From: an uncultured Gemmatimonadales bacterium | Lineage (GTDB): Bacteria; Gemmatimonadota; Gemmatimonadetes; Gemmatimonadales; GWC2-71-9 | DNA: 64,000 nt | NCBI GenBank assembly: GCA_963842945.1 | Contig: CAWJIM010000021.1 | Location: forward strand, 1-64,000 | Reading direction: 5' to 3' | Shown: piece after piece, positions 10,546 to 22,941 of the stretch | Numbering within the stretch: the stretch's first letter is position 1 | How the letters are laid out: every line of letters begins with the position of its first letter | The notes under the pieces: model-generated | What the model was told of the DNA's origin: nothing | Database searches by the model: none | The model's input: only the letters and a program-made list of their open reading frames with translations | Program-made: the position numbers and the translations under genes

Positions 10546-12102
10546 CGTCCCTGGCCTACGGACGCTTCTTGGGTGGGCGCGCGCCGGCGGACGGCTTGGC
10601 GCCGGTGCTTTCGCCGGGTGACTTCCCGGTGCCAGGCGCAGCAGCTGGCGGCTGTTGCCCACCCGGAGGCGGCGTCATGCCGGGAACTGGCGGCGGCCCA
10701 GGGGCCCGCTGCAAGGGTCCTGCCTTGGGCAGGGGTCAATCTGCTTTGGGCCGTTGCGCCTGGGCCAGCTCCACCGCGCGGTTGAGCCCCGCATCGTACA
10801 CCCGGTAGCTGGACTGATCCCGGAGCAGGCTCCCCATGGCGGCGGGCAAGGGACGGAGCCGGGACTTTCCCGCACCCAGTCGCTCGAAGTACTGATCGAC
10901 CTTAGTGGCGGCCACCTTGTTGCGGTCTGCCGCTGAAACCGTCGAGTCCCATAGACCCGCGGTATCGAGTCCCATGTCCACCCGCAGGGAGTCCACCTGA
11001 CCGCGATATGTCTCGGTCAGATTCCTTCCATTCAGCCGGCGTTATCTGGATTTTCGCGGAGTCGGCTTGCCGCAATAGCAGCACGTTCTGGGTCAACACC
11101 CGGGCAAACTGGTTGAGCATGGTGTCGTTGGCCTGGCGAAGCTGGGTGGCGTACTGCGGCGGCAGCGCCTGAATCCAGCGCATGAACTCAGCCACGGTCA
11201 GCTCGCCTCCCTTGTAGGTCACCAACTTCTTGTTGGAGCGGCGGGCCTTGTCTGGGTCGTCGCCGGCGGAGCGCATGGCAGCGGCTGCGCCCTTCTCGAG
11301 CTTGATCCGGTTCTGCATGGCGAGGCTGTCCATGTAAATCGAATCGAGCCTGCTCCCGGCGCTCTGCACCAGATACGCGGTGAGCCGGTCGCGCACCGCC
11401 TCTTCGCTGGGCCGCTTGATGATGTGATAACCGAACGGGAGTCTCCACGACGCCGCTGGTTGCCCCCGGCGCCAGCGACCAGCCCGCACTGTCGAAAGCG
11501 GGCACGAATCTGCCCTTGGGGCTGGGAGGCAAGAACCCGCGATCAGCCTTGCTTCCCGGATCTTCCGAAACCTGCGAGGCTATCTGGCCGAAGTCCGCGC
11601 CCCGCTTGATTCTGACCAGGGTGCCCTCGGCCTTCTTGCGCGCCGCGTTGCGCACTTCGGGCACCGAATTGGGCGGAACCCGGTAGAGAATGTGCTGCAG
11701 GACCCGAACGTCGTTACCCCGATACAGGCTGTCGGCCGCGGTGGGCGGCACGGCCGAGCGGCGGGCCATCAGGGTATCGTGCCAGTGCGTCCCCTTCATC
11801 TCCGCCAGCTGAGGCCACATGGCCCGGGCAATGCTGGCCGAATCCAGCGGCAACTTGCCGTTGGCCACGGCCTGGCCAAAGAGGCTGTAGTCCACCCAGA
11901 CGTTGGCTACGAACTTGGCCACCTCCCGGTCCGCCTTGATGCCCTTGCCGCTGTTCATGATCTGAGCCAGCCGCTCCGGAGTGAGCTTCCGCGATCCGGC
12001 CTCGGCGGCCACGTCGGCATGAGCCGAGAAGAGATCGCGAAAGCTGGAACAGGCCGTGAGCGAGCCAACCAGGACCGACGCCAACAGAGCAAGACGGGGC
12101 AT
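10542..12102 (-). CDS. PpiC-type peptidyl-prolyl isomerase lipoprotein (frameshifted)
   Basis: Lipobox LTAC, QHIL, GADFGQIASQVSEDPGS, FVPAF, PFGYHII. Confidence 0.85.
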
Positions 12103-12140
12103 TACTTCTCCGGGTAATGGGAAATATTTGAATCCAAACG

Positions 12141-12204
12141 GTCAGGAGTCTGGGGTCTGGACTATTCTTAGCTCCCGACTCCTGACTCCTTGACTCCCGA
12201 CTCT
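12141..12204. repeat. Tandem-repeat hairpin element, 7-mer unit AGGAGTC/GACTCCT
   Basis: GTC AGGAGTC TGGGGTC TGG ... CTCCC GACTCCT GACTCCTT GACTCCC GACTC, abutting the mfd stop at 12205. Confidence 0.8.
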
Positions 12205-15200
12205 TCACGACGCCTTCCGCAGCGCCCGCACCAGTGCCGGGACGATCGGTTCGCCTCCCAGCCGCATCAGCCGCAGGGAGAGGGGAACGGTCCGGCGAAC
12301 CTCCGCGGCCAACTGCACGTCGTCCAGCGCAGAGGTGAGTCCGGCGAGTCGGGGCGCAGTCCCGGGACGGAAGGTCAGCCGAGCCTCTTCCCCTCGCACC
12401 AGCACGTTCTGCAGACCCAGCGCTGCGCCCATGACCCGGAGCCGGGTCATATCGAGCAGCGTCTCGGCCATTGGAGGCAGAGGACCGAAGCGCTCCCGCA
12501 GTTCATCGCGAAGCCCATCAATTTCACCGGATGTCGCGGCACGCGCCAGTCGCCGATACAGATCCAGCTTGACATCGTCGTCCGGAACGTAGGTGTCCGG
12601 CAGGTGGGCCGGCCGGTCCAGCACCACCTCCGGCGGGGCCGGCTGTTCCGCTGCGCCCTGGCCCTGAATCGCCCGGACCGTCTCCTCCAGCCAGCGCAGG
12701 TACAGATCGAATCCGACCGCCTGCGCGTGCCCCGACTGCTCGGCGCCGAGCAGGTTGCCGGCGCCCCGGATCTCGAGATCCTTCAGCGCGATTCGGTAGC
12801 CCGCGCCCAGATCCGTATGATGCTCCAGCACCCGGAGACGTTCCTCCGCGTCGGCATCGATACTGTCGGGTACCAGGAGGTAGCAATATGCCCGGCGATG
12901 GCTCCGTCCCACGCGCCCGCGCAGCTGGTACAGCTGGGCCAGCCCGAAGCGGTGCGCGTCGTGGACCACCATCGTGTTCGCGTTGGGCACATCGAGTCCC
13001 GACTCCACGATCATGGTCGACACCAGGATGTCGACTTCTCCGGCCACGAAGCAGCGCATGACCTCCTCCAGCTGGTCCGCCGGCATTTGGCCGTGCGCCA
13101 CTCCCACCCGGGCCCTGGGCGCCAGAGACCGTACCCGGGCCGCGATGGTGTCGATGGTCTCGATCCGATTGTGCACCGCGAAGACCTGGCCGCCGCGATC
13201 CACCTCCCGGGCAAACGCCTCCTCCAGGAGCCCGTCGTCCCAGGGCTCGACAAAGGTGAGAATGGGGGACCGGTCACGGGGAGGGGTTTCGATCAGCGTG
13301 AGATCGCGGAGCCCGGCGAGTGACAGGTGCAGCGTACGAGGAATCGGCGTGGCGGTGAGGGTCAGAACGTCCACCGAGAGCCGCATGGCCTTGAGCCGCT
13401 CCTTGTGCTTCACCCCGAAGCGATGCTCCTCGTCCACCACCAGCAGCCCCAGGTCGTGAAAGGCCACGTCCTTGGAGAGCAGGCGGTGGGTGCCGATGAC
13501 TACGTCGATCTGCCCCTTGGCGAGACGCTCGAGCGCCGCCTTCTGTTCCTTGGCCGTGCGGAAACGGGAGAGCACTTCGACCCGCACCGGAAAGTCGGCC
13601 AGCCGCTCCAGAAAAGTCCGCCCATGTTGCTCCGCGAGAATCGTGGTCGGCACCAGCACCGCCACCTGCTTTCCAGCCTGCACGGATTTGAAGGCGGCGC
13701 GCACCGCGATCTCGGTCTTTCCATAGCCGACGTCGCCCACCAGCAGCCGGTCCATGGGGAGCGGCTGCTCCATGTCCCGCTTGACCTCCTCGGTGGCGCG
13801 GCGCTGGTCCGGAGTGTCCTCATAGAGGAAGCTCGACTCGAGCTCTCGCTGCCATTTGGTGTCCGGAGGAAAGGCAAAGCCGGTGCTCACGGTGCGGCGG
13901 GCGTACAGATCCAGCAGTTCGGCCGCCATCTGTTTGATGGCCTGGCGGGTCTTCTCCCTGACCCGCTGCCAGCTCGAGCCTCCCAGACGGTGGAGGCGGG
14001 GTGGCGGCCGGTCGCCATCCTCACCGCCTGCGCGGTAGCGTTCCATCTGATCCAGCCGGTAGAGCGGCACGTTCAGTCGGTCGCCGCCCTCGTATTCCAC
14101 GATCGCCACCTCGAGGGTCGACTCACCTGCGGTGATCGTCTCGATGCCCCGGTAGATCCCGATGCCGTGCTCCAGATGCACGACATAGTCACCGACCGCG
14201 AGGGCGCCGGTAGCGGTCGAGGGTGCCGCTTCACGGTATCGCCGGGGCCGGCGGAGCCGGCGTGCCCGCCGGAAGATCTCGTGATCGGTGAGGACCCGCA
14301 GCGTGGGCATGACGAATCCGCCGTCGAGCGCCCCGATAGCCAGCGTAGCATCGGTGGCGAACCGGCCGCCCTCCTCCAGCAGCTCCTCCATCCGCTCGAG
14401 CTGGCCTTCGTTATCACAGAGCAGGAGTGTTGGAGTGCCGGAACGGAGCAGCGCGCGAAGGCGGTTGAGGTCCCGATCGACCCGCTCGGGCGGAAAGAAT
14501 CCGAATTGCAGGTCTACCGGTTCGTCCCCCAAAACCAGGCGAGGGAAAGCCTCGATCCGAGTCCGCCATTCGGTAGGATCCTGGAAGATGGCCTCGCGCT
14601 TGGGAACGTCCTCACCCAGCCGACGGGCCACCTCGAGGTGGTGCTCCGCCTCGTTCCAGGCGCGGGTCACCTCATCGAGATCGGGCCCAAACGACTCTTC
14701 GACCACCAGGGTATCTGACGGGAGGAGCTCGAGGAGCGTACGGCGGGCGGGCGGCCGGCCGGGCGGACGGTCGGACGACTCGAGCATCCTGCGACCGACT
14801 GACCGACTGACCGACTGACCAATCGTCAGCCTCATCTCTCATCGCTTGCGTGTTGATCGGCAACACCGTGATCTCAGGCAGCTCCTCGAGCGAGCGCTGC
14901 GTGGTGAGATCGAAGCCCCGAAGTGAAGTGATGTCGTCGCCCCACCACTCCAGACGGGCCGGAGCGGCCATGCCGAATCCGTACACGTCCAGGATGCCGC
15001 CCCGGATGCTGTACTCGGCAACCTCGGTGACCGTGGGCACCCGCTGGTATCCCATGGTCTCCAAGACCCGGGCGACGTCCGCCGGAGCCCGCTTGTCTCC
15101 CACCGAGAGGGACAGGCGAAGCCGCTCCAGCGCTGCAGGAAGCAGGGTGCGCTCCGCCGTTGCCCTGGCGGTGGTAACCAGGATTCTGAGCTTGCCCGCC

Positions 15201-15533
15201 AGGAGGGCCTGCACGGTTTCGGCTCGCTCGCCGGCAATCTCGTAGTGCGGCTCGTCTTCGCCCAGCGCTTCACGCTGCGGATAGAGAACCGTGGCGGCGT
15301 CCGTGAGATGACTCAGATCGCTGAGCCAGCGCTCGGCGTCGGCCGGCGTGGGAGCCACCACCGTGAGCAGTCGCTGAGGAAAGGCGCGGACCAGCCAGGC
15401 AACCAGAACGGCTGCGGCTGGACCCGGGCAGACCCCCCAGGCTCAGGGCGCTGCCCGGGCAGGGAGACGTTGACGAGAGATCCTGTACCGCAGGAATCCG
15501 GTCGAAGGCCTCGAGCAGCGGCTTGAGGCTCAT
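12205..15533 (-). CDS. mfd: Transcription-repair coupling factor (frameshifts near 15450 and 14800)
   Basis: RGGILDVY, GDYVVHLEHGIG, MDRLLVGDVGYGKTE, VDEEHRFG, TATPIPRTL, QLRGRVGR, DLEIRGAGNLLG. Confidence 0.96.
14741..14823. repeat. Tandem-repeat hairpin element inside the mfd coding region (8-mer GGTCAGTC x3 on minus strand)
   Basis: Plus strand: cggcgggcgggcggccggccgggcggacggtcggacg ... cgaccgactgaccgactgaccgactgacc. Confidence 0.8.
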
Positions 15534-17317
15534 GCCCGCCGCCTCCATCCACTGGCAAAACCGGCCTCCACCAGTCCCACCAGCAAGGCCGTCCACAGCA
15601 ACGGGCCGCGCAGATCTCCCCTGGCCGCGGACGAAAAAGCAGTGTCGCCCGCCTCGCCCAGGGAGACGATCCGCGCTCCCCGCCAGAGCCGCCGCGCCTG
15701 GACGTCAGTGGCGCGCTCCAGCCGCGACTCGCGCGGGTCCGGGTTGACGCTCACGGCTCCGATGGTGTCGCGGCCCGCGAGAAGGAAGTGAACTCCCGGC
15801 TCCACCGGACGAAACAGACCGCCACCCTCGACCCGCCAGCTTCGGTCACCCTTGCGTACCTCCGTTGCCAAATCCGGCAGCCGCACCGCATCGCCGGTGC
15901 TGCCCTGCTCCAAGCACGCTCTCTCCCCGGGCCAGCCGGTTCACCAGCAAATCCATGAAAGGCATGAAACCCGCCGACACCGGCAGGTCGGTCCACCCTG
16001 GATCCAGCCGGCTGCCCAGCAAGACCACGTCTCCCCCGCGCACGATCCATGGCGTGCCCGCCACCGTAGCGAGGACACCGGTGCGGCCGCTGCTGCTGGG
16101 TTGAAGGGTGTACCGGCGGTGAACACTATGGCGGCCGAGGACAGCACTGCTGTCGGTGAACTGCGGCCTCGAGCGAGAGCTCGCCGTAGCGCCATCCAAT
16201 CCCCCGCGCTGCGAGCGAGCGGTTGAGTGCCCCGATCTGCGCTGGATCGTCGGGCGGCTGCACCACAGAGATTCCCCGGCCCAGCCGCCCCAACAGCACT
16301 TCGTCTCCCCGCACGATGCGGCGGTTTGAGGCTAGCACCTCACACGCAGCGGCGACATAGCGGCCGGTGGAATCCCAGTTCACCCGGGCGACCGGTGCGA
16401 TCCGGACGGCCATCACCCGCCGGTCGTCGGCTCGAAGCTCGTCCGGGTCCAGCGTCGCGCTGAGCTCCCACCAGCCGCTGGGCGCGCCGGGAATATCCAG
16501 TGTTGCCGCGCTGCCCACATGGCCCAGTGCCTGTGCTGGGGGACGAGGGCCCAGGCGCGCACTCACCGGAACGCCAGGCCCCGAATCTCCGACCAGCGTC
16601 AGCGTGACCCGGCCTCCCTCCTGGGACCAGGGCTGCGAGCCGCGCATCGAGGCTACCGATGCCGGCGTTCGGCGGCGATGGCGCGTCGGGCCGGCCCACT
16701 ACCAGAGGTGACGAAGGCTTTGCGGGCGACAGGGCGCTGGCCTGAAGGTCGGTCAGCAGAATGATCTCCCCCGGTCTGGGCTCCGGGCCGAGCACCTCTT
16801 CAGCCAGTCCTATCGCGGCCCCCAGATCGAGCCGCCGAGGCGAGATGCTCAGTCCAGTCAGGAGCTCATCCAGAGCAGCCTGATCCCCGCGGCGAGGAAT
16901 CCCATCGGCGGTAATGAGCCACAACGCATCCTGAGCAGTGGCTCGGGCCAGTACCTGCCGGCCCGCAGCAACCAGCTGCCGAAACGTTGGGGTGCCTCTC
17001 AGCACCGCACCGCTGCTGGGCGAGTTGTCTACGATCAGGACCAGGGCGCTGGGCCCGTGCCCCGCAACACCGGTCTTCGGGATCGACGGAGCGGCCGCTG
17101 CGAGGACCAGCAGCACCACCAGGAGCGTTCGAAGGCACAGCAACAACCAGTTCTGCAGCTTGAGCCGGCGCTGATGTTCCCGGGTGGTGGTGAGGAGGTA
17201 CCGAACGGCGGGAAAGACTATGGTTGGGGGCTCGCGGCGCGCCAGCAGATGAAGCAGGATCGGAATCGCTGCCGCAGCCAACCCGGCTAGCAGCCACGGA
17301 TGCAGAAAGCTGATCAT
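15530..17317 (-). CDS. BatA-domain / vWA-like membrane protein (frameshifted)
   Basis: MISFLHPWLLAGLAAAAIPILLHLL...FPAVRYL is a BatA N-terminus; IVDNSPS MIDAS-like motif; C-terminal VNPDPRES plus TM helix. Confidence 0.85.
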
Positions 17318-18234
17318 GCCGACCGGGATGGCGGCGCCAGCGCCTCGCGAAGAACTACGCCGAACGGCATATCAGTAGTGACCTGATGGTACGCGATGCC
17401 ATGGCGCCTGCAGGCGAGCCGCCACTCGCTGACCACCCCACGCACCGTATCGCGGTAGGGGCCGGCCCAGTCCCGCGGCCGGAGAACCACTGCCGCTCGG
17501 GTTTCCGGATCCTCGAATCTCGCCTCGTTATTCCCGGCGAGACTCACCTCGGCAGGATCCATGATATGAAGGACGAGAACCTGGTGGCCCCGATGCCTGA
17601 GGAAGCGGAGCGCCTTGAGGGCGAGGGTCCGATCCAGCAACAGATCCGAGACAAATACAACCAGACCACGGCGGCGCAGTTGCCCGATTACCCGCCGGAG
17701 CGCGGGTTCCGCCGCGGTTCCGTGTCCGGCCTGGGCGGTCGCCAGCACCTGGAGCAGTTGGTGCCAGTGACTGAGGCGCGCGCGGGGCGGGGTGACCGTA
17801 CGGACGTCGTCGTCGAAGGTGATCAGCCCGGTGGCGTCGCGCTGCCGGATCAGGACCAGGGACAGAGCCGCAATCAGACGCTGGGCGTAGGCCAGTTTGG
17901 GCAGTACCGTCCCGGGCGACCCCGACCAGGCCATGCTCCGGCTGGTGTCGCAGACGATCATGGCCCGTAGATTGGTCTCCTCCTCGAACTGCTTCACATA
18001 CAGCCGGTCGTTGCGGCCCAGGATCTTCCAGTCCACATAGCGGAGCTCGTCGCCCGGCTGATACATCCTGTGCTCGGCGAACTCTACCGAAAATCCGCGG
18101 CGGGGGGAGCGGTGGAGCCCGCTCAGGAAGCCTTCGACCACTCCCTCGGTGACGATCTCCAGACCACCCAGCTTTGACACTTCTACCGGGTCGAGCAAAT
18201 CCAGGCGGGCGGTATTCGGATCAGTACGCTGCAT
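17314..18234 (-). CDS. DUF58 family protein
   Basis: GLHRSPRRGFSVEFAEHRMYQPGDELRYVDWK, VKQFEEETNL, DTSRSM. Confidence 0.92.
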   Translation of the reverse strand: MQRTDPNTARLDLLDPVEVSKLGGLEIVTEGVVEGFLSGLHRSPRRGFSVEFAEHRMYQPGDELRYVDWKILGRNDRLYVKQFEEETNLRAMIVCDTSRSMAWSGSPGTVLPKLAYAQRLIAALSLVLIRQRDATGLITFDDDVRTVTPPRARLSHWHQLLQVLATAQAGHGTAAEPALRRVIGQLRRRGLVVFVSDLLLDRTLALKALRFLRHRGHQVLVLHIMDPAEVSLAGNNEARFEDPETRAAVVLRPRDWAGPYRDTVRGVVSEWRLACRRHGIAYHQVTTDMPFGVVLREALAPPSRSA

Positions 18235-18374
18235 GGGAGGCGCAACGTATCCGGACGCGGCTGCCGAAGTCAAACAACAAGGCAGCTCGGCGGATTGCGA
18301 TGGATGAAACTATGATCCAGCACGGGCCGTCTACCCCTTCAACAGCCCGACTCTCCCAATCCCGGAACCAGTGC

Positions 18375-19902
18375 ATGCGGCGCTCGACCCTCCCAGCTCT
18401 CTTTGTCCTCCTTGGTGCTGCCGCGCGGCTACAGGCCCAGACCAGCGCGCCGCTCCACCGGGCCGCCGCCACGATCACGGCTGAAGAGGTCGGCCGGCGG
18501 GTCGGAATCATTGCCGATGACTCCATGCTCGGCCGAGATACCCCGAGCCGGGGACTCGATATGACGGCTCAGTACGTCGCGGACCAGTTCCGGCAGTTCG
18601 GACTCAAGCCGGGCGGAGATCAGGGCTCCTGGTTCCAGCGCTATGGCATTGTCCGGCGCCGCATGCTGCTCGACCAGTCACGGGTCATCCTCTCGGCCGG
18701 AGGAACAGTGGACTCGGCAAAGTTCACGGCCGCCGCCCGCTACGATGGCGGAGGCGTGCCGGAGAAACCGCTGACAGCATCCACGGTGCTGGTTACCGGC
18801 GCTCAGACCGAGGCTTCGGCGGCTGGAGCAGGCGTGCGGGACCGGATCGCCCTGTACGTCCCCGAGCTTCACGCCGATCCGGGAATGGTGCAGCAGGTAC
18901 TGCGGGCGCTCTACTTGAATAGGCCGGCCGCATTGGTGGTTCTGAACGACAGCGACTCCGCCAGCTTCGCCGTTACCCTGCCACGACGCCCGCCAGGAGC
19001 GAACGGTAGTGGGCGCACCGGCATTCCAACCGACGGTTCTCCAGCTGCGGACCGGCGGAGTTCGCTCCTCGCTTGCCGCCGCCGGACTCGACCTGCAGGG
19101 GCTGCGCGGCTCTCGCACTCCTGTGGTGCGCGAGCTGCCGAAACTCAAGGTTCAGATTCAGATCAGAGACTCGGTGGTCTCTGCCCGCTCCGCGCCCGAA
19201 TACCGTCGGGTGTCCTCGAGGGCTCAGACCCAGAGCTCAAGCAGGAGTATCTGGTCTACTCCGCTCACATGGATCATATCGGGATCACGCCGGGCCGGCC
19301 GGACAGCATCAACAACGGCGCGGACGACGATGGGTCAGGGACCGTGGGAGTGATGGAGCTGGCGGAGGCCTTCAGCCGGCCCGGAGCTCGGCCCAAAAGA
19401 TCGGTCATCTTCCTGACGGTGAGCGGGGAGGAAAAGGGGCTCTGGGGCAGCGACTTCTTCACCGCCCATCCCCCGGTCCCGATCAAGCAGATCGTCGCGG
19501 ACATCAACATCGACATGATCGGCAGGAACTGGCGGGACACCATTGTCGCGATCGGAAAGGAACACTCGAATCTGGGTGCCACGCTCGAGCGGGTAAATCG
19601 GGCCCATCCTGAGTTAGGCATGACCGCCATCGACGACCGGTGGCCGGCGGAGCGGTTCTACTTCCGGTCGGATCACTACAACTTTGCCCGGCGCGGAGTG
19701 CCCGATTCTCTTTTTCTTCAATGGCGTCCACGAGGATTATCACGAGGTCACCGACTCGCCCGACAAGATCGACAGCGAGAAGGAGTCGAGGATCCTCAAG
19801 CTGCTGTTTTATCTGGGACAGGACATCGCCAACTCGCGCGAACGACCAAAGTGGAACCCGGAGTCGTATAAGGAGATTGTGGAAGAGAAAAGCGAGCGGT
19901 AG
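18375..19902 (+). CDS. M28 family secreted peptidase (about 3 frameshifts)
   Basis: Signal peptide, DDSMLGRDTPS, SAHMDHIG, NGADDDGSG, GEEKGLWGS, NIDMIGR, RSDHYNF, HEDYH. Confidence 0.9.
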
Positions 19903-19984
19903 GAGCGGTGAGCGGTGAGCGGGAGAGCGATCACGTCGTCCGTCTTACCGCATTACCGCTCTGACCGCTCTTTCCGCTCACGCT
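19891..19984. repeat. Tandem-repeat hairpin element (GAGCGGT / ACCGCTC) spanning two convergent stop codons
   Basis: gagcggt ag gagcggt gagcggt gagcggg ... ttaccgcat taccgctc tgaccgctc tttccgctc acgct. Confidence 0.8.
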
Positions 19985-20932
19985 TTGCACCCCCGCCCGA
20001 GTAAGCAGCACCCCGGCCACAATCAACACCGCGCCCAGACCCTGCAGCGGGTGAGGTCGTTCGCCGAGCAGCAGCCAGGCGCCGGCGACCGCCACCAGCG
20101 GGGTCAGACACATATAGATGGCAGTGCGGGTGCCGCCCACCGCCTTCACGCTGCGGTTCCATAGCAGGTAGGCAGACACCAGGGAAAACACGGCTGCGTA
20201 TCCCAGGCCGCCCCATGCAACCGGAGGGACCTCGGCCCAATCCTGGCGAAGGACTCCGGGAATGCCCGCCAGAACCAGGCCCGGGGTGCCGGCGATGGTG
20301 GTAGCGGTGGTAACCCGGAGCGAGCTGATGCCGGCCGGAACCCGGCGAAGCCCTATGGTGTAGCCCGCCCAGCAGAAAACGGCACCCAGGGTCATCAGGT
20401 CGCCCAGCAGAGTACTCGAGTGAAATCCTACGCCCCGGGTCGCGATCACAATGATCACGCCTACGGTCCCCAGGGCGATGCCCCAACGCATCCGGGGTGT
20501 GATCCGCTCCAATCCAAGCAGTCCGGCCAACTATCGCCACTACCGTAGGCAGCATGGACAGGATCAGCGCGCTGTTGGTGGCGGTGGTGTGGTTCAAGCC
20601 CACGGTGAACGCCAGCTGATAACAGGTGTTCCCCAGAATCCCGAGCAGGACCAGGGTCCTGGTAGCGCCCGGGGGCAGTGCGCCCGGCCCCTCCACCAGC
20701 CGCACTACGATCCACAGAAGCACACTCGCGATCACGAAGCGGACCGCCGTGAAAGGCAGCGGGGGAATGCTTGCCAGCGCCAGCTTGGTGATGCTGAAGT
20801 TCATGCCCCAGATGAGGCACACGGTCAGCATGCCGAGATCGCCTGAAAGCCGCGAGGCAGCGGGGCGGCGGGCAGGCGGGGAGCGACGGCGGAGCCGCGA
20901 GGCGGCGCGGCAGCAGGGCTGCTACTGGTCAT
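19931..20932 (-). CDS. DMT/EamA family transporter (frameshifted)
   Basis: LIWGMNFSITK, RF, GLNHTTATNSALI, GDLMTL, YLLWNRSV, LLGER; about 10 TM segments. Confidence 0.88.
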
Positions 20933-21020
20933 CCTTCAACATGGGTAAAGAGTAAATCACATTCGAGCGAGCCGCTTAGCACGCTCACTGCCCCGCTGCC
21001 CCCCTGCATGCTGCCCCGCT
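20849..21020. repeat. Tandem-repeat hairpin element (8-mer GGCAGCGG family) across the divergent DMT/lepA starts
   Basis: Degenerate G-rich arm at 20849-20920; C-rich arm cactgccccgctgcccccctgcatgctgccccgct at 20986-21020. Confidence 0.7.
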
Positions 21021-21030
21021 ATCTTCCCGC

Positions 21031-22830
21031 ATGTCCCAGTCCCGAATTCGAAACTTCTGTATCGTCGCGCATATCGATCACGGCAAGTCCACTCTTGCCG
21101 ACCGCCTGATCGAGGCCACCGGCGCCGTGGAAAAACGGCAGATGCGAGAGCAGCTGCTCGACACCATGGATCTGGAGCGGGAGCGCGGGATCACCATCAA
21201 GCTGAATGCGGTCCGGATGACGTACGCGGCGCGGGATGGGAACGACTACGAGCTGAACCTGATCGACACGCCGGGCCACGTGGACTTCACCTACGAGGTG
21301 TCGCGGTCGCTGGCGGCCTGTGAGGGCGCCATTCTGGTGGTGGACGCCTCCCAGGGGGTCCAGGCGCAGACGCTTAGCAATCTTTTCCTCGCCATGGACG
21401 CCGGCCTCGAAATCATTCCCGTCCTCAACAAGATCGACCTCCCCGGGGCCGAGCCGGAGCAACGGGCCAAGGAGATCATGGATCTGATCGGAGCCAAGCG
21501 GGAAGAGATCCTCGCGGTTTCCGCCAAGGAAGGCACCGGCGTTCCCGAGCTGCTCGAGGCCGTGGTGGCGCGGGTTCCTCCGCCGAAGGGCCAGGAAGAC
21601 GCACCGCTTCGGGCGCTCATCTTCGACTCATACTACGATCGCTACCGCGGCGGCGTCCCCAGCATCAGGGTGGTGGATGGTGTGGTGCGGGAGGGGATGG
21701 AGATCGTCTTCGGCGCTCATCCCGACGACCTGCACCACGTGGACGAGGTGGGTTACCTCCAGCTGGGGCAGCACCCGACCGGTGAGCTCCGTGCGGGCGA
21801 GGTCGGGTATCTGGTCGCGAGCCTGCGTGACGTACGGGACGCGCGGGTGGGCGACACCATCCTCGACGCCTCCAATCGGGCGAGCGAGCTGCTCCCGGGA
21901 TACCGGGAGGTCAAGTCGATGGTCTTCGCCGGCGTGTACCCCACCGATTCGGACCAGTACGAGAATCTGCGCGATGCCCTGGAAAAGCTTCGGCTCAACG
22001 ATGCCAGTCTGCACTACGAACCGGAGTCTTCGACCGCGCTGGGTTTCGGCTTTCGCTGCGGCTTTCTCGGTCTGCTCCACATGGAGATCGTGCAGGAGCG
22101 GCTGGAACGGGAGTTCGATCTCGACCTGATCACCACGGTGCCCACCGTCGAGTATCACGTATACAAGACCGACGGCGAGATGCTGCTGTTGGAGAACCCC
22201 ACCAACCTGCCGGATCCGGCCAGCATCGCGCGGATCAACGAGCCCTACGTGAAGGCGCGGATCATGGCGCCATCCGACTACATCGGCGGGATCATGAAGC
22301 TGGGGCAGGAACGTCGTGGGGTGTACAATGGCATGCACTACCTCGACACCACGCGGGTGGAGTTCGACTTCGAGTTTCCCCTGGGCGAGATCGTGCTGGA
22401 TTTCTATGACAAGCTGAAATCCCTGAGCCGGGGATATGCCTCGCTCGATTACGAGGCGTCGGACTATCGGGAATCGGATCTGGTCAAGCTGGACATGCTG
22501 ATCAACGGCGATCCGATCGACGCCTTCAGCGTGATCATTCACCGGGACAAGGCCCAGGAGTACGGCCGCAAGGTGGCCGAGAAGCTCAAGGAGCTGATTC
22601 CGCGCCAGCTGTATCAGGTGGCAATCCAGGCCGCCATCGGCAACAAGGTGATTGCCCGGGAAACCATCTCCGCGTTCCGGAAGGACGTGCTGGCCAAATG
22701 CTATGGCGGCGACGTCACCCGGAAGCGCAAGCTCCTGGAGAAGCAGAAAGAGGGCAAGAAGCGGATGAAGCAGATCGGCGCGGTGGAGATTCCGCAGGAG
22801 GCGTTTTTGGCGGTGTTGCAGGTGGACTGA
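21031..22830 (+). CDS. lepA: Elongation factor 4 (LepA)
   Basis: [70 protein letters not shown]; intact 599 aa. Confidence 0.98.
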   Translation: MSQSRIRNFCIVAHIDHGKSTLADRLIEATGAVEKRQMREQLLDTMDLERERGITIKLNAVRMTYAARDGNDYELNLIDTPGHVDFTYEVSRSLAACEGAILVVDASQGVQAQTLSNLFLAMDAGLEIIPVLNKIDLPGAEPEQRAKEIMDLIGAKREEILAVSAKEGTGVPELLEAVVARVPPPKGQEDAPLRALIFDSYYDRYRGGVPSIRVVDGVVREGMEIVFGAHPDDLHHVDEVGYLQLGQHPTGELRAGEVGYLVASLRDVRDARVGDTILDASNRASELLPGYREVKSMVFAGVYPTDSDQYENLRDALEKLRLNDASLHYEPESSTALGFGFRCGFLGLLHMEIVQERLEREFDLDLITTVPTVEYHVYKTDGEMLLLENPTNLPDPASIARINEPYVKARIMAPSDYIGGIMKLGQERRGVYNGMHYLDTTRVEFDFEFPLGEIVLDFYDKLKSLSRGYASLDYEASDYRESDLVKLDMLINGDPIDAFSVIIHRDKAQEYGRKVAEKLKELIPRQLYQVAIQAAIGNKVIARETISAFRKDVLAKCYGGDVTRKRKLLEKQKEGKKRMKQIGAVEIPQEAFLAVLQVD

Positions 22831-22941
22831 TGAGTGGGCGGTGAGCGGTGCAGCGGTAGCAGGACGGGCCGAGCCAGTTGGACGAGCAAGCGGTGATCTG
22901 AGCGCGACCGCCCGCTCACCGCTGACCGCCCGACCGCTCAG
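22831..22941. repeat. Tandem-repeat hairpin element (7-mer GAGCGGT family) at the lepA/GT9 junction
   Basis: gggcggt gagcggt gcagcggt ... gaccgcc cgctc accgctg accgcccg accgctc. Confidence 0.7.
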
